Counted from the stretch's first letter, positions 41,361 to 53,442 are shown. The stretch is DNA of 64,000 nucleotides from Octopus sinensis (GCF_006345805.1 NC_043003.1:33666001-33730000), one strand, 5' to 3'. Numbers and translations: made by a program. The notes: generated by a model not told the origin, from the letters alone.

Positions 41361-41536
41361 ATAATTTTAATAAGACAAGTGACAAGAAGACAGGGAACCA
41401 CAAGAAGACTGGCATCTTGTGGTTCATGTTTGGTTTGATATAAAATATACAGTGGAGCCACTATTGAAAGTCACGAAGAAACGCAGAAAAGTTTGTTACT
41501 ATATACAAATTTAAACAAAAAATTGAACAAGGCGCA

Positions 41537-41670
41537 GGAGTGACTGTGTGGTAAGTAGCTTGCTAACCAACCACATGGCATCTTGGGCAAGTGCCCTCTG
41601 CTATAGCCCCGGGCCGACCAATGCCTTGTGAGTGGATTTGGTAGACTGAAACTGAAAGAAGCCTGTCGTA

Positions 41671-41711
<41 letters not shown>

Positions 41712-41945
41712 ATGTGTGTGTGTTTGTGTGTGTGTGTTTGTCCCCCTAGCATTGCTTGATAACCGATGCTGGTGTCTTTACGTTCCTGTCACTTAGCGGT
41801 TCGGCAAAAGATACCGATAGAATAAGTACTGGTCTTACAAAGAATAAGTCCCGGGGTCGATTTGCTCGACTAAAGGTGGTGCTCCAGCATGGCCGCAGTC
41901 AAATGACTGAAACAAATAAAAAGAAAAATAAAAAAGAAAAAAGAA
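41537..41945 (+). mobile_element. SINE family B, near full length
   Basis: ggagtgactgtgtggtaagtagc head, internal TA/TG repeat, tail ggtggtgctccagcatggccgcagtcaaatgactgaaac. Confidence 0.9.
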
Positions 41946-41964
41946 ACAGAAATAAACAAAAGTA

Positions 41965-42661
41965 AAAGAAGAATGGAAGCATGTACAGTCAGTTTGCAAG
42001 AGATGTGAACGCCAAGGCAAATACAGAGGACCGGTGGCTAAGGATGAGGAGTTACCTGAAGATAGAGACAGAAGCACTTATAAGTGCAGCTCAGGAACAA
42101 GTGTTAAGGACCATCTATATGAAGTGCAGAATAGACAATACTACCGATAGCGACTAATGCAGGAGGTGAGAGGGGTGAAACAATATGCACATCGTTAGCG
42201 AAACCTGAAATTTGCTCAACGGGTATAGTAAAGACGCCATGACAATATGGTAGGAATGACCTATTTGGAGATCTGTGGAAATAACGTCCTACAAAGTGCA
42301 AAGACGTGGCAGAGCATGCCCTGGTGGCAGCATGATCAATGTGAAAGAAGAAAAAAATTATCAACTATGAAGTTTTGAAGTTGGAAATGCGAAGGTTGTG
42401 GTCGATGAGGAGAGTTGACATGATGCTAACAATAATTGGCGCACTTGGATGTATCAGCACTCAACTACCAGCATGGCTCAAAAAGATTGATGCAAGTATG
42501 AAGGTAGAACACCTACAAAAATCAGCATTGCTCGGAAGTGCAAGAATTCTTTGCAGGGTTCTTGAAGCTTGACCTAGTCTGCTGGCGGTGGTCATTTGTC
42601 ACTTCCATCATATCCAACAAAATAAGGTGTGAGTTTTCATATAGAAATAATAATAATAATA

Positions 42662-42710
<49 letters not shown>
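41965..42710 (+). mobile_element. R4/Dong-like RLE non-LTR retrotransposon 3' end with (AAT)n tail
   Basis: LKIETEALISAAQEQVLRT..D*CRR*EG*NNMHIVS (decayed CCHC), ACPGGSMINVKEEK, EMRRLW..IIGALG..LQKSALLGSARILCRVLEA*, then a short 3' UTR and (AAT)n. Confidence 0.9.
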
Positions 42711-42714
<4 letters not shown>

Positions 42715-42766
42715 TATGTGTGTGCAGTGTAATAAATGTCTATCTATCAATATATCTATCTATATG

Positions 42767-42799
<33 letters not shown>

Positions 42800-42807
42800 A
42801 CATATAT

Positions 42808-42882
<75 letters not shown>

Positions 42883-43165
42883 AACATATTAATATGAATG
42901 CATGTATGCATTACTAAAGAGGCATTTGCAAATATGTACGTAAGAACACATATACGCGCATGCACCGGAACAGTGTTCATTCTGGGGAGCGTAATCTTTA
43001 TATGTACTGATTGCACTATTGCCTTAGCAGTGCACAAATCTCTTCTATTCGCTGCTAACAAATGAAACACGATTACTTTCGATCAATCCATCCCAATCCA
43101 TTGATGAATCTGGTTGACCATAAGCACGGCCATGTGTATAATCCTGTTTCTGAGGATATATATGC

Positions 43166-43277
43166 ATGTATGTATGTATGTATGTATGTATGTATGTATG
43201 TATGTATGTATGTACGTATGTATGTATGTATGTATGTATTTATGTATGTATGTATGTATGTATGTATGTATGTATGT
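43166..43277. repeat. (TATG)n tetranucleotide array
   Basis: Direct reading. Confidence 0.97.
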
Positions 43278-43302
43278 ATCTGAGTGTGTGTGTATGTAAG
43301 TG

Positions 43303-43335
<33 letters not shown>

Positions 43336-43918
43336 TATATATCGAGAGAGAGAGAGAGAAATAGATAGATAGATATATAGATAGATAAATAGATTGGTAG
43401 ATGGATGGAGAGATAGATAGATAGATAGCTTGATATACACATAGATGTTCACACAGTTAAATACTATATATGTGTGCGTAATTGTGTATGTACGAAGATA
43501 TAATATACGTGTATGTATGAGTGTATATAAATATATATATATAATCTTTTTCTTCATCATTCTCTCCATTCATGCGGCTTCTGCCATGCGGAAGTACCTG
43601 TTAGGTTTTGTACTTTTGCACATCGTAGTACCAATTGAGCACAGGAGTCGATGTAATCCACTTAACTATTCCTGTGTACGTATATGAAAGCTGCAGCCCT
43701 CTGCCAAGCCATATCTAGTATGCTCATCACACTAGAGAGATTTGTATCTCAAATTTAGTTCCTACATAACGGACTGTGTTTTGTTGAGGAGAATAAGAGA
43801 ACGTCCTGAGATCCTTGTTCTACAGTGGACTGGGGATGGACAATCTTTACACACACATATGCACACACGTGTGCGTGTGTGTATATACATACACATATAC
43901 ATATGTGTGCGCGCGCGC

Positions 43919-43965
<47 letters not shown>

Positions 43966-44666
43966 CATGCTTTACATTTCAGCTTACTCTCTGATCGTAG
44001 TCTGTATGAGGCGTGACCTGATCTCTGTGCTTGAAGATGTAACCAAACCATAAAATTTCCTTATTTCGGGCATAAATAAAATTAAATATGATTCCATATC
44101 CATGGAATGTTTTAGTTTCTTTCAATATTATCGTTTAACCATGCGTTACCTGAAATGAGTTTGTCCTACAAATATAAATGTCACTTGGAAGATAATTAAG
44201 CTATTGTCTTGGTGTATTACATCATTAACTACAATAACTATTCTGAAGGTTCTTTTCGGAGACATTAGGTTCAGATTTAATTACTATATCTCTAATTAAA
44301 GTGATCTCAAAGGAACTGTCTGTGATCACTCTCCCTACTAGAAATAGCAGTAAAATCGCTATCAAATTTCAGACTAACTCCTTGCAATATGAATGTGTTA
44401 GTATACTGTAAGAATGAGTAGATTGATTAGTATATTTGTTTAAAATAATAATAAAATTGAATGGGATTTATCATTTAATGATTAAATTATTTAATTGTTC
44501 AGTTTATTGTTTTGGTTTCCATTTCTCATTTATACATACATACATATATACTGAGAACTGAATTCTTTTGCACATACACATCCATTAGCCTTTTGGTTTT
44601 ATCATTTGAACATTTTTTTGCTTTCTTTAATACATGCATATATACATACATGCATATATACATACA

Positions 44667-44699
<33 letters not shown>

Positions 44700-44705
<6 letters not shown>

Positions 44706-44900
44706 GAATGGAGTTGAACGACGAATTAACAAAATTCCTTTATTTTCGACATATGTATCGAATGCTGCATATTCCTAATTGCGAAGGAATAAGGAGTATA
44801 TTATGCCGCTTTCTCATCAGGAAAAGCAAGGAACTTATGTCAACATCAAGATGCACAAAAAACTTTTAGATGACTGCTCACACGGAGCCCACACTACTCA
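44700..44900 (-). mobile_element. Possible Penelope-like pLTR between (TA)n tracts
   Basis: Minus-strand gaat-atgcagc-attc-GATAC-ATAT-GTC resembles the 3' half of a minimal hammerhead; the 5' core is not recognisable. Confidence 0.3.
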
Positions 44901-44901
44901 A

Positions 44902-44993
<92 letters not shown>

Positions 44994-45224
44994 ATATGTA
45001 TATATATTTATTATACATAAAATATTTGAAGAAAAGAAGGGAAAAGATACCGCTTGCTAAAAATTAAAGCGAAAGCTTAACATAACCACCAATTCTACGA
45101 TAACTTCACAAGTAAAAAGTTCATTATAGGCATGTGTACATGTTTTTGTTATGTTTTAATTGCTTGCTTTCGGAGGCTATCATTTTGATATGATGAATAT
45201 TTATTACTCTTTACTCTGTACTCT

Positions 45225-45348
45225 CTTTAACTCCTTTCTTTGTTTCAGTCATTTAACTTCGGCCATGCTGGAGAACCGCTAGGTTACGGGGGCTTAAACA
45301 CTCCACCGTCGGTTGTCAAGCGATGGTGGGGGGACTAATACAGACACA

Positions 45349-45385
<37 letters not shown>

Positions 45386-45572
45386 ACACACATATATATA
45401 TACATATATACACATATACGACGGGCTTCTTTCAGTTTCCGTCTACCAGATCCACTCACAAGACTTTGGTCGGCCCGAGGCTATAGTAGAAGACAATTGT
45501 CTAAGGTCCCACTGCGTGGGACTGAACCCGGAACCATGTAGTTCGCAAGCAAGCAACTTACCACACGGCCAC
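45225..45572 (-). mobile_element. SINE family B with internal deletion
   Basis: Tail gtttcagtcatttaacttcggccatgctggag, body gggcttctttcagtttccgtctaccag, head ending accacacggccac. Confidence 0.9.
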
Positions 45573-45654
45573 TGTGGTAAGTGGCCGTGTGGTAAGTTGC
45601 TTGCTTACGAACTACGTGGTTCCGGGTTCAGTCCCACTGCGTGGCACCTTAGAC
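45499..45654. repeat. 74-bp-arm hairpin formed by inverted duplication of the SINE head
   Basis: 45499-45572 vs 45581-45654, 8-nt spacer tgtggtaa. Confidence 0.95.
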
Positions 45655-46790
45655 GTCTGGTAGTGGTGGTCAATGGAGCCACCTTCAAGGAAACACAACT
45701 AATGAGTGGCGTTCCACAGGACAGTGTTCTGGGACCGCTGCTATTCATACTGGCTCTCTCTGACATGCTCTCAGCTGGTCAAGTAGCCACCCTTGCTAAC
45801 TATGCAGACGATACCAAAGTATGTCGGAGAATACAGGAGACGTTGTACATATACAACGTGAGTTGAATTCAATTTACAGGTGGGCTGAGGAAAATAACAT
45901 GCAGTTTAATACTGGAAAATAACAAGCACTTTGATACTGGAAAATTCCTACCAACAAAGGAAGTTCAATGAAAAGCAGATAGGATACATTGGTCCAGGAG
46001 GGATTCCAATACCCGAACCAAAATCAATGCTTGACCTGGGCATCGATTTGAATAGTGATGCATCTTTCCAGGTACACATTACGGAGTTGACAATAAAATA
46101 CAGGCGCTTGACCGGATGGGTCTTTCAAACTTTCAAAACAAGAGAAAAGGAAACTATGATGGTCCTCTGGAAGACTTTAGTCCTCAGCCCTCTGGATTAC
46201 TGCTCCCATCTGTGGTCACTAAACACTATAAAATTAAGAACGGAACTCGAGGTGATCCACACGAAGTTACACGAAGATCGAGACAATGTGACATATCAGC
46301 TACTGGGAGACACTGAAAGAGATTTAAGACTCTACTCTCTGGAATGAAGGCGGGAAAGATAGGTAGTAATATACATCTGGAAATTTCACGAAAAACATTT
46401 GCCAATTTTTGGCATTGTCAGTTACATAAAAAGCAGGATGAGGCGCCACTGCATAGTACCAAAAATCGCAACATTGTTATTAGGATACAGAAATAGATGC
46501 TGCAACAGCTTGGGCTTCAAAGGCACGCAGCTCTTCAATATCCTCCTACGAAGCCTGAGAGAATTATATGACGTGAATGTAAGCTTTTTCAGAACAAAGT
46601 GGATCTCCTTCTGTCAAGAGTTTCGGATGAACCTACCAAAGAAACACAGATGAGGGCAACAACGTCAAACTCCCTCATCCACCAAATATCACACATCATA
46701 GGAGGTTTAGTGAAAGTGTAGCAAAGTAAATGGTGGTGCTCCAGGATGGCCGCAGTCATTGAACTGAAACTTAACGAAACAAAACAAAAA
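45655..46790 (+). mobile_element. 5'-truncated CR1/L2-type LINE (RT C-terminal half + 3' UTR)
   Basis: VVVNGA..SGVPQDSVLGPLLF..NYADDTK; DLGIDL..VLSPLDYCSHLWS; IYIWK..RHCIVPK..KGTQLFNIL; 3' end ggtggtgctccaggatggccgcagtc. Confidence 0.92.
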
Positions 46791-49230
46791 TTTACAAAAA
46801 TACCTACTGACCAAATTGTTTTTTTAAATGTACAGAATTTGTTCCTCGTCTTGTAAGACATTATGATGTATACAAACGCGTAATTTCTAAAACTAAGATG
46901 TAAAATCATTGTTTAACCTGAAATCAACACTTTTAGTATCATGATAGATGTGTACCTATCACCCTCGCGGTAGATTCTGTATTATAAGTTATCGTAATAT
47001 ACATAATGCAGAAAGCATGTCTACTGCTACGCATAGTATGCCAGATAAAAGCATAGCAGCAAATAGCACGAAGTTCTGAATACCAATAGCGTTAGATTTT
47101 AAAACAAAATTACTGAAAAATTCATCAATAGCAAATGTCCTTAACACACCTTACTAGCATAACTAGCATTAAGCAAGAAGTAAAAATAATTTTGACGGAA
47201 GTTGTTGCATCGGTATCATGCAAAACCAAAGTGTAAATAGTTTCATTCTAAGGCAATGTTTGAAAGAATTTATAGAAAATGAGGCCGAATTTGACATGTT
47301 AGTGCTCAAAATAATTTTCGATGTCAAGCTTAGCATCAAAAAGACTCTCATATAAATAAATTACGACGAGTCTGATTCGAAAAGATAACGAAAGTAAAAA
47401 AAAAAAATAATAAAGCCATAAATCAACAATGACTTCAGCTATGTAAATTATTCCTTGCAGGTAAATGATTCAGCCAGAAACTCATGGTCTTAGCTAGTTT
47501 TCTAATTAAAGATTCCTGAGCAGGGATATTTAAATGGTGAATGACTTGTAAGTTTTTGTCTATTATGATATATACACGGGTAGAATATGTATATTAGATA
47601 CATCCTGTAAATAGTAATTTACCACATTAGTACATTTTAGTATGTTTAGTACTAACTATCACATTGTGGTTAACATGATAAATTTAATTAATCAAGAAAG
47701 CAATACCCATGTCGAGGAGAGATATGCACCAGTAAGCAATGCTTAGTAACCAAGTAAAAGTATGGGAGAAAGCTAAAAAAAAAAGCGATGAAATTTTCTT
47801 GTTTACGGCCAAACACAGCAAACATTACACTAAACATTACAAACATAATATTAATACCATTGTATGAATAATCGTCTAACAGTACATGCTTGGATATTCC
47901 CCAGCTGAAGAACCTTAAAATTCTTAGAAACAATATCAGCTTTAAAAAACAACACTGTGTTGTAATGGTGAAAAACAGCCTGATTCTAAATTATGCAAAT
48001 AAAAGCTAGGACCATTCTGATACACCAGCGATGCTTCGTCTATGTTACAATGCAAAATGTCTTGGTTACTTTGCATTGCAAATTACTTTAATCCTCCAAA
48101 TAATAGTTCGTTTTATGTCATGACATTTGGAAAATACTGGTGGAAAAATAAAAGAAACGCAGCAACAGTTTTTGAAATCATGGTGCCAGCAGCCACCAAT
48201 TCCTCTTCGGTCATATTCTTTCAAAAGTAACAATGGAGAACAGAGAGGGAGACGGAATGGCATAGAGAATAAAAAGATGAAAAGCCGAAGAGAGAAGAGT
48301 GACATGAAAAGAAAACATTGTTTAGAAAAAGAGGTGGATTAAAACAAAATTCTACAACTTTAGCGATACGGGGAGATTACTATACGTTGTGTGCTGAAGA
48401 ATCAGCTGGGAAATCGATGCTATTTTAGACAACACAAAAGAAAGAATTTTCGATTCCCGCTTACAGTTTCAGAGTATTCATTTACAAAATATGGTTTTTC
48501 TCTAACCTCATAGCATCCAGTATTTGTTAGATACTGAGAACGAGAAAATATTGATTGATGTTTGTAGTGACATTTAAATATATTTCTTGGAAATTTTACA
48601 GCATTTTACCATTTATAATGACATGTTTGGTGTAGCAGTTATTATGCTTTGGGTTACCGACCTTATTGCTGTATGTGTATAAATATATTAAATAAAAACT
48701 AGAAGTCAATTGATATTATATATTTCACAATAGGTTTTTTTTCTTTGTTCCACAAATATGTATTTCCTTCTTATTTTCTTTACAGTTTAAAACATTTTTT
48801 AATCTTGCAAACTAATGTGATATTTTCTACGAAGTTTCTCTAAGTCTAGTCATTCTTCTATATGTGCTTTGAGATGGCGCGTCTTTATTATTGGCAACTT
48901 CGTTGTCCAGTATAATCGACAAGTGTATTGTACATTACTTTCTATTTGTTGTACTTATGGGTGTATTTTTATTATTTGTGTTTTAATGGTTGCATTTTTA
49001 ATAACCTCATTTTTCGTGTTGGCTTTTTCGCTCTCATGATTGCTTCCATTTGTTTTTACTACTACTATTTGTTTTTTCTACTATTATCGATTTCCACATT
49101 TCTTTTTCGCAAACACACACGAACACATACACATGCACATATATACACGGACACGTCTACACATATAATCATGCTGACAGAGAGTCACAAACACATGCGT
49201 GCACGCACACACATATACACACACACCCCT

Positions 49231-49261
<31 letters not shown>

Positions 49262-49386
49262 AACACATCGCTCTCCATATCTATTTCTTTTTATACTAGC
49301 TGCTTTCTTATTTAAAACTATCAATTCATGCAAGCGCTTAGTACTAATGGCAAATGATATCTAGTTAGTTACTGCCATCCTATATA

Positions 49387-49448
<62 letters not shown>

Positions 49449-50584
49449 CGTTTTTGGATTTGGTTTGCAAGATTCTTTATATGTGTTCGTGTGTTGAAGC
49501 ATATTCTGTTGTGTCTGGGGAGAGTCATTCTCTTTTAGTGCCTTATTATTTAACACACTCACCGGTAAAATTTCCACTTATTTCTTATTTTTATTTTCTA
49601 AAATTTTCCTTGCGTCTTGCAACCTTTTCAATAGTCTTGACTCTATATATGCATATATATTTTGTGCCAAAATTTTAAGTCATGTAGAAGAAAAAAAGAA
49701 AAATATACGAAAATTTACACATTTTAAAGTTGTGTACATTTGTGTATATGCGTGGGTGTATGTGCGTGATTATATGTGTGCGTGCATGTGTGTGTGTGTG
49801 TATACATACAGTTGTGCACATGCACACACAAACATATTCAAAGAGAGGGGGTGAGAGAAAGTAAGGGAGAAAGAGAAGGGGTGAGAGAAAGTAAGGGAGA
49901 AAGAGAGGGGAAGAGAAAGATAGATGAACAGAGACAGAGAGAGAGAGAGAAGGAGAGAAAGGTGGAGAGAGGAGGAGAGAAAGGTGGAGAGAGTGAGAGA
50001 GAGAGAGATACATACAGATATACATAAAAAGCATGCAACGTGGAGAAATAAAGCTTCCGACAACGTTGTGCTTCTAAACAGTTCTGAGGTAATTTCTCTA
50101 TGATAATGACATTCCCAACATGACCTCTATGGGTATTTCCCTACCGATGTGACCTCTGAATATGTGGTATTTTGCACTTTCTCTTTTCTTATATTTACGC
50201 ACCTAGTTCTAATTACCCAATTATCTCCCTGTTCCCTCTTTCTCTATCCCCTTCTTTCTTTCTTTCTTCGTTCTTTCTTTCTTTCTGTACTTTCTTAAGG
50301 CTTTAGTCCTAATGGTAACGTATCAGAATTTTGGTTTATCATATTTTTTATTGCTGACATTGTTTAGCCTAATTTAATTTGTCTTTCGTTTGCGTGGTTC
50401 ATGCCTTGTATTTACACCTGTCGTTCGTCGCCGGTAAGTGCAAATATTATGAATTCACAACTTTAGGAAATGCTAAAGAAAAAAAAAACTGATCTATTGT
50501 TTTATTCCCTTTTTTACATCTAGTTTGTTTTATTTTCTTATTATTCTGGCGGCGTGAATAAATATTTGCACAGCGCTAACACTG

Positions 50585-50645
50585 CACCGTAGACAGCAGC
50601 AGCATAAGTAGTAGCAGTAGTAGTAGTAGTAGTAGCAGCAGCAGC

Positions 50646-50686
<41 letters not shown>

Positions 50687-50772
50687 CAGCTGCAGCAGTA
50701 GTAGTAGCTGCAGTAGTAGTAGTAAGTGGTGGTGGTGATGGTAGTGGTGGTGATGATAGTAGTAGTAGTAGT
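50585..50772. repeat. (AGT)n/(AGC)n/(GGT)n microsatellite
   Basis: Direct reading. Confidence 0.9.
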
Positions 50773-50903
50773 TATATAAATGGCAGAAGTAATACCACCG
50801 GCATCATAACAGACAGCAGTAGCCTCAACATGATCGGGGCACTGACACCAATCCTGCTCTGGTTAACTTCGCCGTCCACCGTTCGTTGTACTTAAAGTTC
50901 TAG

Positions 50904-50946
<43 letters not shown>

Positions 50947-50952
<6 letters not shown>

Positions 50953-51614
50953 TCAATATGGGTGGCAAAAAAAATTTTGTAGAATTTTTTTGCCACCAGC
51001 GGCCTAGTGGGAAAAAGTTAAATAGTCATAGACCATTTATAAGTTCAACATCACAATCAAGGAACGGCCATAATAGGCCATTCACCCACTAGAAATAACA
51101 GCCAAGCTTCAACCGCAAAATAACATTAATTCCGCAAACCAGGAGAAAATTAAAAAACATTTACCCAGTAATTTCTTATACGATGCACCGTTTCATCTAC
51201 TGTTTAATGGTAAACTAACCTAGTTTAATGGTAAACTAACCTAGTTGATTCCGTAATGGAATCGGCGGCTTATATTTATTTGCTGCCGATAAATTTGGCG
51301 CGAGTGCGATGATTTGAAAATTTTAGGTCAGATATTGCCGAGGCAGGGACAGAAATGCCTCGTGAAAATATCTGTTCCGATCTGGCTATTTCTTACTGAC
51401 GAATCTAAGGGCCTATGGAAGATTGGCTTGATTTAATTTAATCAGGTTAGTTTACCATTAAACAGTTGATGAAACGGTGCATCGTATAAGAAATTACAGG
51501 GTAAATGTTTTTTAATTTTCTCCTGGTTTGCGGAATTAATGTTATTTTGCGGTTGAAGCTTTGGCTGTTATTTCTAGTGGGTGAATGGCCTATTATGGCC
51601 GTTCCTTGATTGTG

Positions 51615-51616
<2 letters not shown>
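50947..51616 (+). mobile_element. Non-autonomous Penelope-like (retrozyme-like) insert between (TA)n tracts with 172-bp inverted repeat
   Basis: Arms 51050-51221 and 51444-51616 differ at about 3 positions; (TA)n lies on both sides; contains a hammerhead; 21-bp tandem duplication at the inner end of the left arm (51202-51243). Confidence 0.7.
51388..51494 (+). ncRNA. Type I hammerhead ribozyme motif, intact core, long stem II
   Basis: Stem I ATTTCTTA/TAAGAAAT (8 bp); CTGACGA 51396-51402; stem II closed by ATC/GAT; GAAA 51471-51474; stem III ACGGT-gc-ATCGT; GUA cleavage triplet 51484-51486. Confidence 0.7.
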
Positions 51617-51670
<54 letters not shown>

Positions 51671-51672
<2 letters not shown>

Positions 51673-51965
51673 AGGCGCAATGGCTCTGTGGTTAAGACAG
51701 CGGACTCGCGGTCGGAGGATCGCGGTTTCGATTACCAGACCGGGCGTTGTGTATGTTTATTGAACGAAAACATCTTAAGCTCTACGAAGCACCGGCAGGG
51801 GGTGCTGGCGATCGCTGTTGTACTCTTGCGCCCCAACTTTCTCTCACTCTTTCTTGAGTAACGCTGCGATGGACTGGTGTCCCGTCCAGCTGGGGGGAAC
51901 ACATACGCCACAGAAACCGGGAGACAGGACCCATGAACCTGGCTAGGCTTGAAAAGGGCGCACAT
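51671..51965 (+). mobile_element. tRNA-derived SINE family C (ggaggcgcaatggc head), tail type 1
   Basis: A box tggctctgtgg, B box ggtttcgattacc; later ctgcgatggactggtgtcccgtccag block. Confidence 0.85.
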
Positions 51966-52281
51966 ATATATATATATATAATATATATATATATATTATA
52001 TATATATATATATATATATCCCCTTGTAACGCAGACTTAATGCGTACGAAATATACAGCAAATATACCAAAACTAAAATCAATAACTGTAAAAAGCCTTC
52101 ACCATTCCCCTTTAAATAACCGGCAAACAAAAAAAAAAAAGGAAACTAGGTACATACATATTCAAAAACACAGATGCACAAACCCATACTTACCATTACA
52201 CATATTGTGTGTGTATATATATGCATATTTATATATATATGTACATATATATGTATGTATATATATATACGCATATACATT

Positions 52282-52317
<36 letters not shown>

Positions 52318-53039
52318 ATATATATATACATATATATATATGTGTGTACATATATGTATGTATACGACTACACACAAGCACATACAAACGTACATGCACA
52401 TACACACACACACGTACACACACACATATATATTTATACATATCATGTATTCATGATTATATATTTCTAGGTGCAAAATCCCTTGAATGAAGAAAGAATA
52501 AAAGCAGCATGAATAACTTTGATCACAGAGCCGTTGAATGAGTTCTACCTGGAGCTAGAAAACAACACCAACAAAGTCAGCAAGGACGCCAGCAACAGTA
52601 CATTTTATAATCAGCAGAGGATTCCCTGCGTGCTTTCTCAAGCTGCTAGACTTCATATAGAATCTCCTTGGAATCACAACATACCGGAACGATGATACAT
52701 TGGCTAATGTTTATCTAGACACACTATGTAGTCACAATAAGCGATGGAAATGCCCTTAGATCAAAAGGTTATGCGATTAGCTTTTACCTGGAGCTAAATA
52801 AATATAATATCTTAAATTATGTATTTTCGCTTGTTTCTTTTTTCATTTTTATTTTACATTTAAGACAGCTAGAGAGTGTTTTGAAGGCGATCTTTCTTAT
52901 ATTTCTACCAGGCTCACTGGCTTCTGTTATTGTCATCTCGCCATTAACAACACTGCCTATAACACCAAGAACAGGCATACCACAAGTAACTCCAAGTGTA
53001 CTCTGTAGTTGTCTCCGTTATGTTCACTATAATATTGAT

Positions 53040-53433
53040 TTCTACTCTAGGCACAAAGACCGAAATTTTGGGGGAGGTGCCAGTCGATACGATCGCCCCC
53101 TAGTATGCAATTGGTACTTAATTTATCGACCCCGAAATGAAGACATGCAAAGTCGACCTTTGCGGAATTTGAACTCAGAACATCAAGACAGACGAAATAC
53201 CTATTTCTTTACTACCCACAAGGAGATAAACACAGAGAGGACAAACAAGGACAGACAAACGGATTAAATCGATTATATCGACCCAGTGCGTAATTGGTAC
53301 TTATTTAATCGACCCCGAAAGGATGAAAGGCAATGTCGACCTCGTAGGAATTTGAACTCAGAACGTAGCTGCAGACGAAATACTGCTAAGCATTTCGCCC
53401 GGCGTGCTAACGTTTCTGCCAGCTCGCCGCCTT
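53040..53433 (-). mobile_element. SINE family A, composite/dimeric
   Basis: Same architecture as 2225-2605. Confidence 0.9.
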
Positions 53434-53442
53434 ATGCTTAGT

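Noticed and set aside
47905-47940. CTGAAGA...GAAAC hammerhead-like spacing
   Set aside because: No stem II or stem III pairing, and downstream tcagc would pair with the core itself.
48042-48342. Three overlapping short ORFs
   Set aside because: No family signal and weak splice sites; could be UTR or intergenic DNA.
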